Of a stretch of DNA of 64,000 nucleotides, positions 17,148 to 25,905 are shown one piece after another (positions within the stretch are counted from its first letter, which is position 1; each line of letters opens with the position of its first letter). The translations under genes and the position numbers were made by a program. The notes beneath the pieces were generated by a model. That model made no database searches, was not told where the DNA came from, and saw only the letters and a program-made list of their open reading frames with translations. The DNA is from Candidatus Doudnabacteria bacterium RIFCSPHIGHO2_02_FULL_42_25 (lineage in GTDB: Bacteria; Patescibacteriota; Doudnabacteria; UBA920; O2-02-FULL-48-8): contig MFEQ01000006.1 of assembly GCA_001777665.1 (NCBI GenBank), forward strand, positions 128,880 to 192,879, read 5' to 3'.

Positions 17148-18644
17148 TTATAACTTTCGAACGATACCCTTATTTGCATCCACTTCGACTTTGTCACCAT
17201 CTTTTAAAACCTTCGTTGCTATTTTGGTACCAATAATGCACGGGGTGCCTAGCTCGCGAGAAACAATTGCTGCATGAGAAGTAATGCCGCCTTGTTCAGT
17301 AATAATTGCCGCAGCTTTTTTCATCGCAGGTACTACATCAACATCTGTAGCGATACTAACCAAAATATCGCCTTGTTTCATCTTCGGCATGTCCTTTGCC
17401 CTGATGATTATTTTCACGGTTCCTTTTGCATAACCAGGTTGAACGGTTTGGCCTGTAAATTCTTTTACATTTTTATTGATCTTCGTGGCTACCATTGATC
17501 TCAACTTTTTTTCCATTGCTCCCATGTATACAGTTTCAAAACCCTCTTCAGTATAAAGGACACAATGTTTTAATCTTATAGACAAAATATTTTTATCTAT
17601 CCTGCCATTTAATAAAGCATCTTTGACTTCTGCTTGAAGCATAAATTGGAGTTGATACCTAGAAATTCCAAGACGTTTTGCAATTTCCTTGAGTAATGTT
17701 TTATGAACAAAATATAAATTTAAAAGCTGGGCGTTTCTGCGAATTAGTTTTGACAACGCAAAATCTTTGGCGTTTTCGAAAAGCCTTTTATATTGCACAG
17801 AGACTTTTAATTTTTTATAGATCTTTTTCTGCTTCTCTCTAGCGGTTTTCAAGTATTGTTCTTGCTTTGCCAATATTTTCTTGGTATTGATTCCTGTTTT
17901 CGCTAATTCGAATAATTCTTTGAGATAGTGATCCACTCCAAAGGGATCAACATTCCCAGCGTAAATGTAGCCGAGATGACCCCATTTTTGCGCATGCTTA
18001 GTTAGGGCATCTTTCAAATGCTGAGGTATAGTTCTCGCTTTAAGAAATTTTTTGTATTTCTCATGAATAACTAGGAAATCTTTCCGCTCATCGGCGACGA
18101 TAGTTTTCCTTGAGGGCGTAGTTAAAACAACAAATGCCTGTTCTGCCTCTTCTTTACTGTTACTAACTGCGTATAAATAGCTCTTTAATTTATTCGTGAA
18201 ATTATTATGAAATAAGTCTGCGGCAACCGGTATCCACCCATAGGTATAAAGTTTGGTCTGAAGCTTATCGGTATCCTTGTACAATTTCCAAAGCTGCTTA
18301 TTATTATATTTCTCAAGCGGTAACTTATCTAATTTCTTGGAAAACAAAATTAACTTATGGGACCAAGAAATAATGTTTCTATCCAGTTCTTTACCGAATT
18401 TAGGTCTTTCTAGCAATGCTCTTATAATTGATTCAGCAACTTCATTGGAGTCTTTTTCTCCAACATAAAAATCCAAAGTAAAACCTTTGTATAGTCCCAA
18501 GAACTTTTTGTATCTTTTTATAAAATCGTAACTCCAATCAGAAGCAAAACAAGAGGCCGGGACTTGGAAAAAATAAATATCGCAATCCGGAATATTTTCT
18601 CCAAAAAGCCACTTGTCCTTATCAAACAATAACTTCGGCTTCAT
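17148..18644 (-). CDS. Variable N-domain + phospho-His swivel domain protein (long class)
   Basis: TEQGGITSHAAIVSRELGTPCIIGT; HAQKWGHLGYIYAG. Confidence 0.9.
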   Translation of the reverse strand: MKPKLLFDKDKWLFGENIPDCDIYFFQVPASCFASDWSYDFIKRYKKFLGLYKGFTLDFYVGEKDSNEVAESIIRALLERPKFGKELDRNIISWSHKLILFSKKLDKLPLEKYNNKQLWKLYKDTDKLQTKLYTYGWIPVAADLFHNNFTNKLKSYLYAVSNSKEEAEQAFVVLTTPSRKTIVADERKDFLVIHEKYKKFLKARTIPQHLKDALTKHAQKWGHLGYIYAGNVDPFGVDHYLKELFELAKTGINTKKILAKQEQYLKTAREKQKKIYKKLKVSVQYKRLFENAKDFALSKLIRRNAQLLNLYFVHKTLLKEIAKRLGISRYQLQFMLQAEVKDALLNGRIDKNILSIRLKHCVLYTEEGFETVYMGAMEKKLRSMVATKINKNVKEFTGQTVQPGYAKGTVKIIIRAKDMPKMKQGDILVSIATDVDVVPAMKKAAAIITEQGGITSHAAIVSRELGTPCIIGTKIATKVLKDGDKVEVDANKGIVRKL

Positions 18645-20107
18645 ACTTTTCTTACGATTCCTTTGTCTGCATCCACTTCAATCATATCCCCATCTTTAAA
18701 AAGCTTAGTTGCGAATTTAGTACCAATGACACACGGTTTCTTCATCTCGCGAGCAACAATTGCAGCATGAGATGTGATGCCTCCACTATCGGTAACGAAC
18801 CCACGCGCTCTGCCCATTGCGGGTAAAACATCTGGAGTTGTAGTAACCGCAACGAGAATATCGTCGTGGGTAACTTTTTGTAGATCTGGAATCCCAAACA
18901 CTAATTTCGCCCGTCCTCGTGCTTTGCCCGGGAATGCAGATTGACCCTCGATGTAATCTTGTTTAATCTCAATGGCTTTTTCAAGAATTCTACCCAAGGT
19001 CGCATCGATTTTATTTGCAGGAATAAACTTAATTTTTCTATTCGAAACAATTTTAAGCACTCGGTGCCTTCTCCTTAAAATTTCAACCGTATCTATTTTT
19101 TTACCTGAAACGAAATCTAAAATCTCGTTCCTTAGTGCATAGCGAAAAAAGTAAACAGGGACCGCATGTTTTTTTGCTAATTGAAGAAATACTGTCTCTA
19201 AAGCATATTGAATGACATGTCGAACATTTAGCCGATAGGCTTTCGTAAACATAAGCGTACGCGCTTGATCAAACATATAAATTTCGTGGTCGGATAACCC
19301 AAGATCTTTTTCTATTCTCCTTTGTTCTTTTTCTAAATTTCTGAAGTAGTTTCTATGTTCATTCAACTGCTCTTGAGCAGTTTTTTCATTCTTGAGAATT
19401 TTCCTCACTCTCTGAATAAAATCTTCATCTGTCCAAAGTGGACCTTGATAACCAAAATTTAACCACTTGTACTTTTTAGCATGGGCTTTAAATTTCTTGG
19501 AAACAACTATTTTATTGAGAGTTTTATACTGCTTTATTATTTCTAATAGTCTCAATAGCTCTGCCCAATTTAAATCAGGTTGATCGGGACTAATCAATAT
19601 TGCCAAATACTTCTGCGTGGGATTCTTGGGAGTACTATATTTCTCTAAAATTCCTGCGAGACGATTGCTGAAAAAATTGTGATCATAATCACTTACAACA
19701 GCTAAGCAGCCCAATCCGTTTAACTCAACGTAATGTTTGAACACTTGTTTTAGCCACGAAAGATATTTCTTATCATTCCACCTTCTCAAATCTTGATCAA
19801 TGACTTGATGAGCAAGTTTAAAGACAATTTGGCCATGATAAATATGCTCTTCTAAATTGCCGTGAGCATCTAGTTTTCCTTTGGTCAATCTATCTTGGAT
19901 TTTTTGGCCGAGTCTATTCCACAATTTAATATCTACACCCCATTGACCTTCATCCTGACTGACATGCATTACGGTGTTACTAAAATAGTCACCGACAAAT
20001 CGCTTTACAGATGGTGAGAACAGAAACCCATCCTCAATCATTGTCCATGAAAACAAGTTCATATTTGTTTCCATTATTAAGTTTTTTATCGAGTGCGGTT
20101 TAATCAT
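18641..20107 (-). CDS. Variable N-domain + phospho-His swivel domain protein (long class)
   Basis: TDSGGITSHAAIVAREMKKPCVIGT; HAKKYKWLNFGYQGP. Confidence 0.9.
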   Translation of the reverse strand: MIKPHSIKNLIMETNMNLFSWTMIEDGFLFSPSVKRFVGDYFSNTVMHVSQDEGQWGVDIKLWNRLGQKIQDRLTKGKLDAHGNLEEHIYHGQIVFKLAHQVIDQDLRRWNDKKYLSWLKQVFKHYVELNGLGCLAVVSDYDHNFFSNRLAGILEKYSTPKNPTQKYLAILISPDQPDLNWAELLRLLEIIKQYKTLNKIVVSKKFKAHAKKYKWLNFGYQGPLWTDEDFIQRVRKILKNEKTAQEQLNEHRNYFRNLEKEQRRIEKDLGLSDHEIYMFDQARTLMFTKAYRLNVRHVIQYALETVFLQLAKKHAVPVYFFRYALRNEILDFVSGKKIDTVEILRRRHRVLKIVSNRKIKFIPANKIDATLGRILEKAIEIKQDYIEGQSAFPGKARGRAKLVFGIPDLQKVTHDDILVAVTTTPDVLPAMGRARGFVTDSGGITSHAAIVAREMKKPCVIGTKFATKLFKDGDMIEVDADKGIVRKV

Positions 20108-21039
20108 AGTGTTGTTATTGGTCTGCTTTGAGTAATGTAAAACTTACCCTTAACATAAGCCCACTCGATGTCTTGAGGATGTTTGTAATGTTTTTCAATA
20201 TTTTTTGCAATTTTAGCAAACTCTACAATTTGTTTACCAGTCAGTTTCTGTTTGCCACCGGCTCTTGGTGATAATTTTTTGTGCAAATTCTTATTCCCGG
20301 ATTTTACTATCATCATGCTTTGCTCCGAGACATTGATATCGAGAATAGAAAAATCATCTTTATGAACGATATATGTATCCGGAGTTACCGATCCTGAAAC
20401 AATCGCCTCGCCCAAACCAAAACCAGCTTCAATCACCATTTGATTATAATCTTTGGTCACTGGGTGTACCGTAAAGCAAATTCCAGAAACTTCGGATTGG
20501 ACCATGGTTTGGACGACTACTGCCACAGAAACAAATTTTTTGTGGAGTTTTTTCTCAAACCGATAAAAAATAGCTCGTGGAGTAAATAGTGATGACCAGC
20601 ATTTCTGGACATTTTTCAGCAAATCTTTTTCAGTAGTATTGAGGTAAGTTTCCAGCTGCCCTGCCCATGCATCAGTTGAGCTGTCTTCTGCGGTTGCCGA
20701 TGAACGCACAGCAACAAAACGACTTTTCAAAAGTTTGAAGTGCTTTTTAATTTTCTCGGCTATGTCCCTCGGCATTTTTGCACCAGCTATTAATGCTCTG
20801 ATTTTTTCCGAAGCCCGCTCGACACTATTGATATCTTTGTGATTAACTTTTTTCAAAATCGATTCAATCTCCACATCCAAATCAGTTTCTTTTAGAAACT
20901 GCTCAAAAGAAGATGCCAGCACGACGAAACCTGGCGGTACTGGAATTCGAGCATTCGTCATTTCACCAAGCGAAGCCCCTTTACCACCGGCTTCAGAAAC
21001 ACTCTTCTTATTTAGTTGTTTGAAAGATTTGATAAACAT
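20104..21039 (-). CDS. Stand-alone PEP-synthase-type ATP-grasp (PPDK_N) domain
   Basis: AGGKGASLGEM, VPPGF, VAVRSSATAEDS, AGQLET, GLGEAIVSG, PQDIEWA, QSRPITTL then stop. Confidence 0.95.
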   Translation of the reverse strand: MFIKSFKQLNKKSVSEAGGKGASLGEMTNARIPVPPGFVVLASSFEQFLKETDLDVEIESILKKVNHKDINSVERASEKIRALIAGAKMPRDIAEKIKKHFKLLKSRFVAVRSSATAEDSSTDAWAGQLETYLNTTEKDLLKNVQKCWSSLFTPRAIFYRFEKKLHKKFVSVAVVVQTMVQSEVSGICFTVHPVTKDYNQMVIEAGFGLGEAIVSGSVTPDTYIVHKDDFSILDINVSEQSMMIVKSGNKNLHKKLSPRAGGKQKLTGKQIVEFAKIAKNIEKHYKHPQDIEWAYVKGKFYITQSRPITTL

Positions 21040-21163
21040 AATCTATAGGAATCATAGCTAATTTTGAGGTATTCGAAAAGGTCAACTCCGACGCACGAAG
21101 TGGTCGGAGTTCCGACATCGACTTCGTCGATCGTCGGAAAAAAAGAAGCCCCGATGACTGGAG

Positions 21164-21547
21164 CTAATGGATGACTTGTACCAGGGACCGAATAGTGGGC
21201 TTGCCCGATTTCGGCCAAATAGTGACCAATGGTTGATAGTCGTTGTCGGTATCGTATCCCGGTGGGTAGACGTGAGTAACTTCTGCGATCCTGCCTTCCT
21301 TATTGCGACGGATGATGCCGAAGGAAAGCTGATGAACCATGACGTTTGCGATGTGTATGCCGTACGTGTCTTCGCAATAGATGACACGTTCATCTTCGCA
21401 ATCACAGTCTTCGATAAATTCGATCAGGGAGTTGGTGTCCACTGGATCGAAGTTATAAGGCTTGACCTTGACGTCATCACCGTGAATGAGAATAAGGATC
21501 CGCGCGTCGTCGCGATTGATCGTTTTGGTGGGCAGAAAGACTTTCAT
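21164..21547 (-). CDS. Hypothetical protein (GC-rich)
   Basis: GGAGG RBS; hairpin plus T-run downstream. Confidence 0.55.
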   Translation of the reverse strand: MKVFLPTKTINRDDARILILIHGDDVKVKPYNFDPVDTNSLIEFIEDCDCEDERVIYCEDTYGIHIANVMVHQLSFGIIRRNKEGRIAEVTHVYPPGYDTDNDYQPLVTIWPKSGKPTIRSLVQVIH

Positions 21548-21655
21548 CGGTTCCTCCGATGTGGTTGGGGAAACTTGTTAACCCCAGCATAACAGAATTT
21601 GTAATTACTTACTAGTGTTATATACTTATGTTAGACAATTAAAAAAATAAATTAC

Positions 21656-22225
21656 ATGAAAGATAAACTTTTGTTTGGAGTTGTGGGTTTGGTCTTAGGC
21701 ATTGTGGTTGTGCAATTCCTTCGTCCGTCCACGCCGATGATGATGGATAGTTCTAGTATGGATTATCAATTTATAAATCAAATGATCCCGCATCACGAAG
21801 ATGCCATCACGATGTCTGAATTGGCTTTGGAAAAAGCCGAACATGAGGAGATAAAAACTCTGGCCCAAAGCATTATCACCTCTCAATCCAAAGAAATTGA
21901 GCAGATGCAAGGATGGCAAAAAGATTGGTTTAGTAGCTTGTTTATTTCAAAAGCTTTAGCTCACGGCACGTCGCACGGGCTAAATATGGGTCTGATGGGT
22001 AATGAGAGTGACCTTGAAGAATTAGGAAACGCCCAACCGTTTGATAAAAAGTTTATCGAAGAAATGATCCCGCATCACCAGATGGCGGTAATGATGGCAC
22101 AAATGGTTTGGAACACTACAAATCGAGAGGAAATGAAACAATTAGCAAAAAATATTGTCACTGCGCAAAATCAAGAAATTGATCAAATGAGAAATTGGTA
22201 TAATCAGTGGTACAAATCAAATTAA
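21656..22225 (+). CDS. DUF305 / CopM-like exported metal-binding protein
   Basis: Two MIPHH...A..M repeats, N-terminal TM/signal. Confidence 0.88.
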   Translation: MKDKLLFGVVGLVLGIVVVQFLRPSTPMMMDSSSMDYQFINQMIPHHEDAITMSELALEKAEHEEIKTLAQSIITSQSKEIEQMQGWQKDWFSSLFISKALAHGTSHGLNMGLMGNESDLEELGNAQPFDKKFIEEMIPHHQMAVMMAQMVWNTTNREEMKQLAKNIVTAQNQEIDQMRNWYNQWYKSN

Positions 22226-22357
22226 CTTGTAGCGAGGATTAAATTTTTGGACGCTTTGCGTATTTCTTCAGAAATCGCAACGCGAGTAAAAATCTACTCT
22301 GAAGTACATAACAGTTGCAGATTTTTACGTTCACAAAAATTTCAATCCGAGCGTTCT

Positions 22358-22431
22358 TGGTCGGGGTGCCGGGAATTGAACCCGGTCTACACCCACCCCA
22401 TGGGCGCGTACTACCGGTATACTACACCCCG
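22358..22431 (-). tRNA. tRNA-Pro(GGG)
   Basis: cggggtg acceptor stem, loop atGGGgt, gttcaattc T-loop, CCA end. Confidence 0.93.
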
Positions 22432-22491
22432 TTCTTCGCAGACTCTATTATAGTTAATTTTTAGAGATAAAAAAAGAGGTCCAACTAGTTG

Positions 22492-22626
22492 CTAGTTGTA
22501 ACCTCGGTCCTCTTCGTGAGGATCGTCCTCGTCGCCAGGATCAGGACCGCTCTCGAAATCTGGCGGGGATTTCGAGTCAGACTCAGTCTGCTCAGGTACC
22601 AATGGTTCGGGACTCGACATACTCAT
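22492..22626 (-). CDS. Acidic micro-ORF (44 aa)
   Basis: MSMSSPEPLVPEQTESD...EDRGYN; ATGA overlap with upstream ORF; hairpin plus A-run downstream. Confidence 0.4.
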   Translation of the reverse strand: MSMSSPEPLVPEQTESDSKSPPDFESGPDPGDEDDPHEEDRGYN

Positions 22627-22811
22627 CTTCTCTCTACTGTTTCAAACCGGGCGGCCAATCGTCGACCAAATCGGTCAAAGCGCGCCCCAACATTCACCTG
22701 AAGCTCGAAGGACTGGCTCGGCAGTTGTCGCTGCGGACAACACCTCCGATTGTGACCCGGCTGCCGGCATAGTGCACAAATCTTCTTTCTTCGTCCCTGG
22801 ATGTTCGACAT
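22623..22811 (-). CDS. Small protein with CCHC zinc-knuckle motif
   Basis: AGGAG RBS, MSNIQGRRKKI-CALCRQPGHNRRCC (C-x2-C-x4-H-x4-C). Confidence 0.55.
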   Translation of the reverse strand: MSNIQGRRKKICALCRQPGHNRRCCPQRQLPSQSFELQVNVGARFDRFGRRLAARFETVERR

Positions 22812-22819
22812 GGACACTC

Positions 22820-22966
22820 CTATGTCTGGGTCTTGGGTTTGCAGGGTTGGATCGTAATGGGCATTCCCTTCTGACACCGACCACAGATTTTTCCTTCACG
22901 ACCAGCCTCGTCGTGAGATGGGTCAGGCTCATATCCGGCATTGCGTTCGAGTGTTGTGGGCGCCAT
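22820..22966 (-). CDS. Micro-ORF (48 aa, CxxC)
   Basis: MAPTTLERN...ICGRCQKG; stop abuts RBS of next ORF. Confidence 0.4.
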   Translation of the reverse strand: MAPTTLERNAGYEPDPSHDEAGREGKICGRCQKGMPITIQPCKPKTQT

Positions 22967-22976
22967 GTTCACCTGC

Positions 22977-23066
22977 CTATCCGGCGTAGCGTTCGTTGAC
23001 GATGTCTTCATCCGGATCAACGTATTGAACCGGAGGGTGCCTTAGTTCTTCCTCCTGTGGAGTCAT
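22977..23066 (-). CDS. Acidic micro-ORF (29 aa)
   Basis: MTPQEEELRHPPVQYVDPDEDIVNERYAG; tightly packed between neighbours. Confidence 0.35.
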   Translation of the reverse strand: MTPQEEELRHPPVQYVDPDEDIVNERYAG

Positions 23067-23070
23067 TCGT

Positions 23071-23262
23071 TCATCGTTCGACTGCTGGTGTGCGTCCATA
23101 ACCTGGCCTTCCTCCAGTATCAGCTGGGACATATGTTTCCTCCGTGACCTTGGTCTTGCTGTCTAGTGTAGTGTTGCTGAATTCACATCTCATGTTCCTA
23201 TTTTTCATAAAATCTGAATTCAGACTTGGCCAACAAAAATCCGACCACTTCGGTCGGTTCAT
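23071..23262 (-). CDS. Hypothetical micro-ORF
   Basis: ORF track; first of the minus-strand chain; start uncertain. Confidence 0.3.
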   Translation of the reverse strand: MNRPKWSDFCWPSLNSDFMKNRNMRCEFSNTTLDSKTKVTEETYVPADTGGRPGYGRTPAVER

Positions 23263-23465
23263 TCAGCTTGATCTTTGATCGTTGTTACGTGATCATTGAC
23301 GCTTATCTGAACCGACTCGAACTGGGACTTGGTCAACCTTAATAATCCCCAAAACGATTTGGGCGATAGAGGAGATCAAGTTGTGGATAGTTAGTCGATT
23401 CATCCCGTTAGAAATAATGATTAGTTGCTTGATAATAATCGTTTATAATTGCCACACTAGATTAT

Positions 23466-23554
23466 ATTTTAACAATAGCTTTTTACTATGTCAAAATTTC
23501 TAACGGTATTCATAAACTTAGTAATATTATATAGCAGCAAAAAAACTAAGTCAA
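23466..23554 (-). promoter_or_regulatory. Two tandem sigma70 promoters
   Basis: TTGACA(23489-94)-17-TAAAAT(23466-71) and TTGACT(23549-54)-17-TATAAT(23526-31). Confidence 0.7.
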
Positions 23555-23573
23555 CAAAGCCTATCACAATAGT

Positions 23574-23605
23574 TACCTATTTGCCCCATATGGGGCAAAT
23601 AGGTA
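23574..23605. repeat. Perfect 32-bp palindrome
   Basis: tacctatttgccccat|atggggcaaataggta. Confidence 0.9.
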
Positions 23606-23661
23606 CTCACCGGAAAAGAAAAAAGGTCAAGAACGGGTCTTGACCTAAGGACTGAATCAGG

Positions 23662-23946
23662 TTACAGCCAGAGTGACAGCGGAGTGGGCTGCCATGTGCG
23701 ATTGAAGGCACGATGGCGCCTAGCCACCTCGGCGCGTTCACGTCTGACGTCGTTGAGGTACGTCAGATGGGTGATCTGCGTTTGTGCAGCTCTCAGCTGA
23801 TCTTCCTCAAGCCTCGTCCGCTCCGGCTTGGATTCAAAGCGTCGGACCTTTCTTAGCAGCGTTCTGATTTCCTTCTGACGACCGCTGATCGTGCGTAGGA
23901 GCGGATCCCGCATTGCAATGCCCGGTGTTTTCACAAACATTAGCAT
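23662..23946 (-). CDS. Hypothetical basic helical protein (GC-rich)
   Basis: GGAG RBS; hairpin aggtcaaga/tcttgacct downstream. Confidence 0.5.
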   Translation of the reverse strand: MLMFVKTPGIAMRDPLLRTISGRQKEIRTLLRKVRRFESKPERTRLEEDQLRAAQTQITHLTYLNDVRRERAEVARRHRAFNRTWQPTPLSLWL

Positions 23947-23951
23947 CTCCT

Positions 23952-24119
23952 CTACGACATAAACTCTGACGCTTTGCTTCCGGGTGGGGTCGAACCGACA
24001 TCGATGGGTCTTGCCGTTTTGCGACTGCCCGTCGGTGACGGGACAGCCTTGGGCTGCTTACCCTCTACAGCTGGATCGGGATCCACAGGACGGGTAACCT
24101 GCTCGGGTTTCAACGACAT
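23952..24119 (-). CDS. Hypothetical Pro-rich micro-protein (GC-rich)
   Basis: AAGGGGG RBS; promoter TTGACT(24298-303)-17-TATAAT(24275-80). Confidence 0.4.
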   Translation of the reverse strand: MSLKPEQVTRPVDPDPAVEGKQPKAVPSPTGSRKTARPIDVGSTPPGSKASEFMS

Positions 24120-24362
24120 ATTGTTATTCCCCCTTAAAGCTACGGCAGATAAAAAAAACACCAGCCGGATGGCTGGGTTCGGTTTGCGAAAATTTCTATG
24201 CAAACTCAACCAACCACCTCGGGATGGCTAAACCAAAAATAGAAATTCGGTCTGATTGATTGCATAACAAAAGTATTATAATGCCTAGGAACCAGAGAGT
24301 CAAGGCATAAAAAAGGACCCAGGCACCCTGAGAAGGGTGCACTGGGCTCAAGACGTACGACG

Positions 24363-24563
24363 CTAATTCCTCGGCGTCTTACGTCGATCGACTTTAGGCC
24401 GCAATCCAAGGAAACATGTCTGGTCCGATAACGCCTTTGGTGTCGTCCCGCTAGATACGCAGGCACAACTCAGGACGTCGACTCCCGCTTGCCTGATGAC
24501 GGTGACCTCTTTGTGATCACCAACTTCGATGAATTTTGCGGCAGTTTCTTCAGCTCTGGCCAA
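24363..24563 (-). CDS. Hypothetical small protein (GC-rich)
   Basis: AGGAGG RBS, TTG start; promoter TTGACA(24658-63)-17-TAAACT; terminator hairpin ~24310-24347. Confidence 0.5.
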   Translation of the reverse strand: MARAEETAAKFIEVGDHKEVTVIRQAGVDVLSCACVSSGTTPKALSDQTCFLGLRPKVDRRKTPRN

Positions 24564-24676
24564 TCAATCCTCCTATCAAGCAAACAAAAACACCGGCCAA
24601 CTGGGTCAGTGTTTGCATTTGCAAACCTTGAGTAAGTTTACATGTAGTTTAGCTTTGTGTCAATAGGCGCGTCTGG

Positions 24677-24735
24677 CGTTATTCGTCGGCGCCACGCGTA
24701 TCGTCTGACGGTTACCGATACGCGCTGCGCTGCCG
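24677..24735. repeat. ~59-bp palindromic REP-like element; inverted copy at 52970-53028
   Basis: cgttattcgtcggcgc..cgcgtatcg...cgatacgcg..gcgctgccg shared by both copies. Confidence 0.85.
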
Positions 24736-24756
24736 TACAATCATTAACGCATTTTA

Positions 24757-25689
24757 TTACTCTTGAAGTCTCTTCACTTTGTCCAAGAAATTTTGGAGTT
24801 CTTCTTGGGAGAAAAATTCAATAGTGATTTTTCCGGCTTGGCCGCTTTTTTGAACCTTGACTTTGGTCCCAAATTTGCTGCGTAGATCACTTTCCAAAGC
24901 TGCAGACTCAGGATCAACTGGGCCTCGAGGCGCTTTGACCTGTTTCGGACGTTCCAGCATTTCTCGAACTTTGTCTTCGACTTGGCGCACAGTCATTTGT
25001 TGCAGGACGATCATATCGTACAAAGCCAACTGCTTCTCCATTCCTGGTAAAGCCAGGATAGACCGCGCATGCCCTTCAGTGATTTTACCTTCGGCGAGAG
25101 CATTTTGAATTTTCAGTGGCAAATTCAAAAGTCGCAACATATTCGTCACAGTTGTGCGACCCTTACCCACTTTCTTCGCAACTTCTTCTTGAGTCAGTTT
25201 GTACTGATCAATCAATTGTTTATAAGCCAGGGCTTCTTCGATCGGGTCTAGGTTATGACGCTGAATGTTTTCAATCAAAGCCAATTCCAATTTGTTCTGC
25301 TCTTCCAGATAATCGCGAATCACCACAGGGACTTTCGCCAACCCGGCCATTTTTGAAGCACGGAGTCTGCGTTCCCCGACGATCAACTGAAAAGTGCCAT
25401 CAGGAAGTGGAACCACAACCAACGGTTGCAGGATGCCGTGTTCTTTGATGGAAGCAGATAATTCAGCTAACTTTTCATCGTCAAAGACTCTTCGCGGCTG
25501 CCAGGGATTGGGTTTGATAATCTCGACTGGAATTTCCGCCATGCTGACCATGGGCAGATTCTCCGGTACGGCTTCCTTCACCGGTTCGGCCAGAGGCTCG
25601 GCCAATTCCATGGGGCTAGCAGGTGGCAGCTCTGGTGTTTCTACAATTTGAGAAATTGGTTCTAAAGGTTGTTGTGCTGGTTCATCCAT
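24757..25689 (-). CDS. parB: ParB/Spo0J partition protein
   Basis: PNPWQPR, GILQPLVV, GERRLRA, LIENIQR, HTH. Confidence 0.95.
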   Translation of the reverse strand: MDEPAQQPLEPISQIVETPELPPASPMELAEPLAEPVKEAVPENLPMVSMAEIPVEIIKPNPWQPRRVFDDEKLAELSASIKEHGILQPLVVVPLPDGTFQLIVGERRLRASKMAGLAKVPVVIRDYLEEQNKLELALIENIQRHNLDPIEEALAYKQLIDQYKLTQEEVAKKVGKGRTTVTNMLRLLNLPLKIQNALAEGKITEGHARSILALPGMEKQLALYDMIVLQQMTVRQVEDKVREMLERPKQVKAPRGPVDPESAALESDLRSKFGTKVKVQKSGQAGKITIEFFSQEELQNFLDKVKRLQE

Positions 25690-25798
25690 TCGTTTGTTTC
25701 TTGATTACAAAATATTACGTAACGATTATAGCATAAAGTTTAAAAAACTATAAGCTTTTCAAAAGCCTTGATTTAAGTTAGAATATATTGCGAGTTAG

Positions 25799-25883
25799 GC
25801 CGGTGTGGCGGAATGGCAGACGCACACGACTCAAAATCGTGCGAGGTTTCCTCATGTGGGTTCGACTCCCTCCACCGGCACCA
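25799..25883 (+). tRNA. tRNA-Leu(CAA)
   Basis: gccggtg stem, ctCAAaa loop, long variable arm, ggttcgact, CCA. Confidence 0.95.
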
Positions 25884-25905
25884 AAAAGACCCAAAAGGGG
25901 CCTTT

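Noticed and set aside
6927-20107. Diversity-generating retroelement explaining paralog variability
   Set aside because: No reverse transcriptase and no TR/VR pair with adenine-specific mismatches; variation is N-terminal and ancient.
20104-21039. Calling this ppsA, or the array a set of PEP synthase pseudogene fragments
   Set aside because: No TIM-barrel domain is present; all eight partner genes are intact, translationally coupled and keep the catalytic His.
6173-22431. Genomic island integrated at the tRNA-Pro 3' end
   Set aside because: No integrase nearby and no duplicated tRNA 3' end found by eye at the far side.
23382-23390. DnaA-box-like TGTGGATAG in the AT-rich gap near parB
   Set aside because: Single imperfect box with no dnaA or cluster; insufficient for an origin call.
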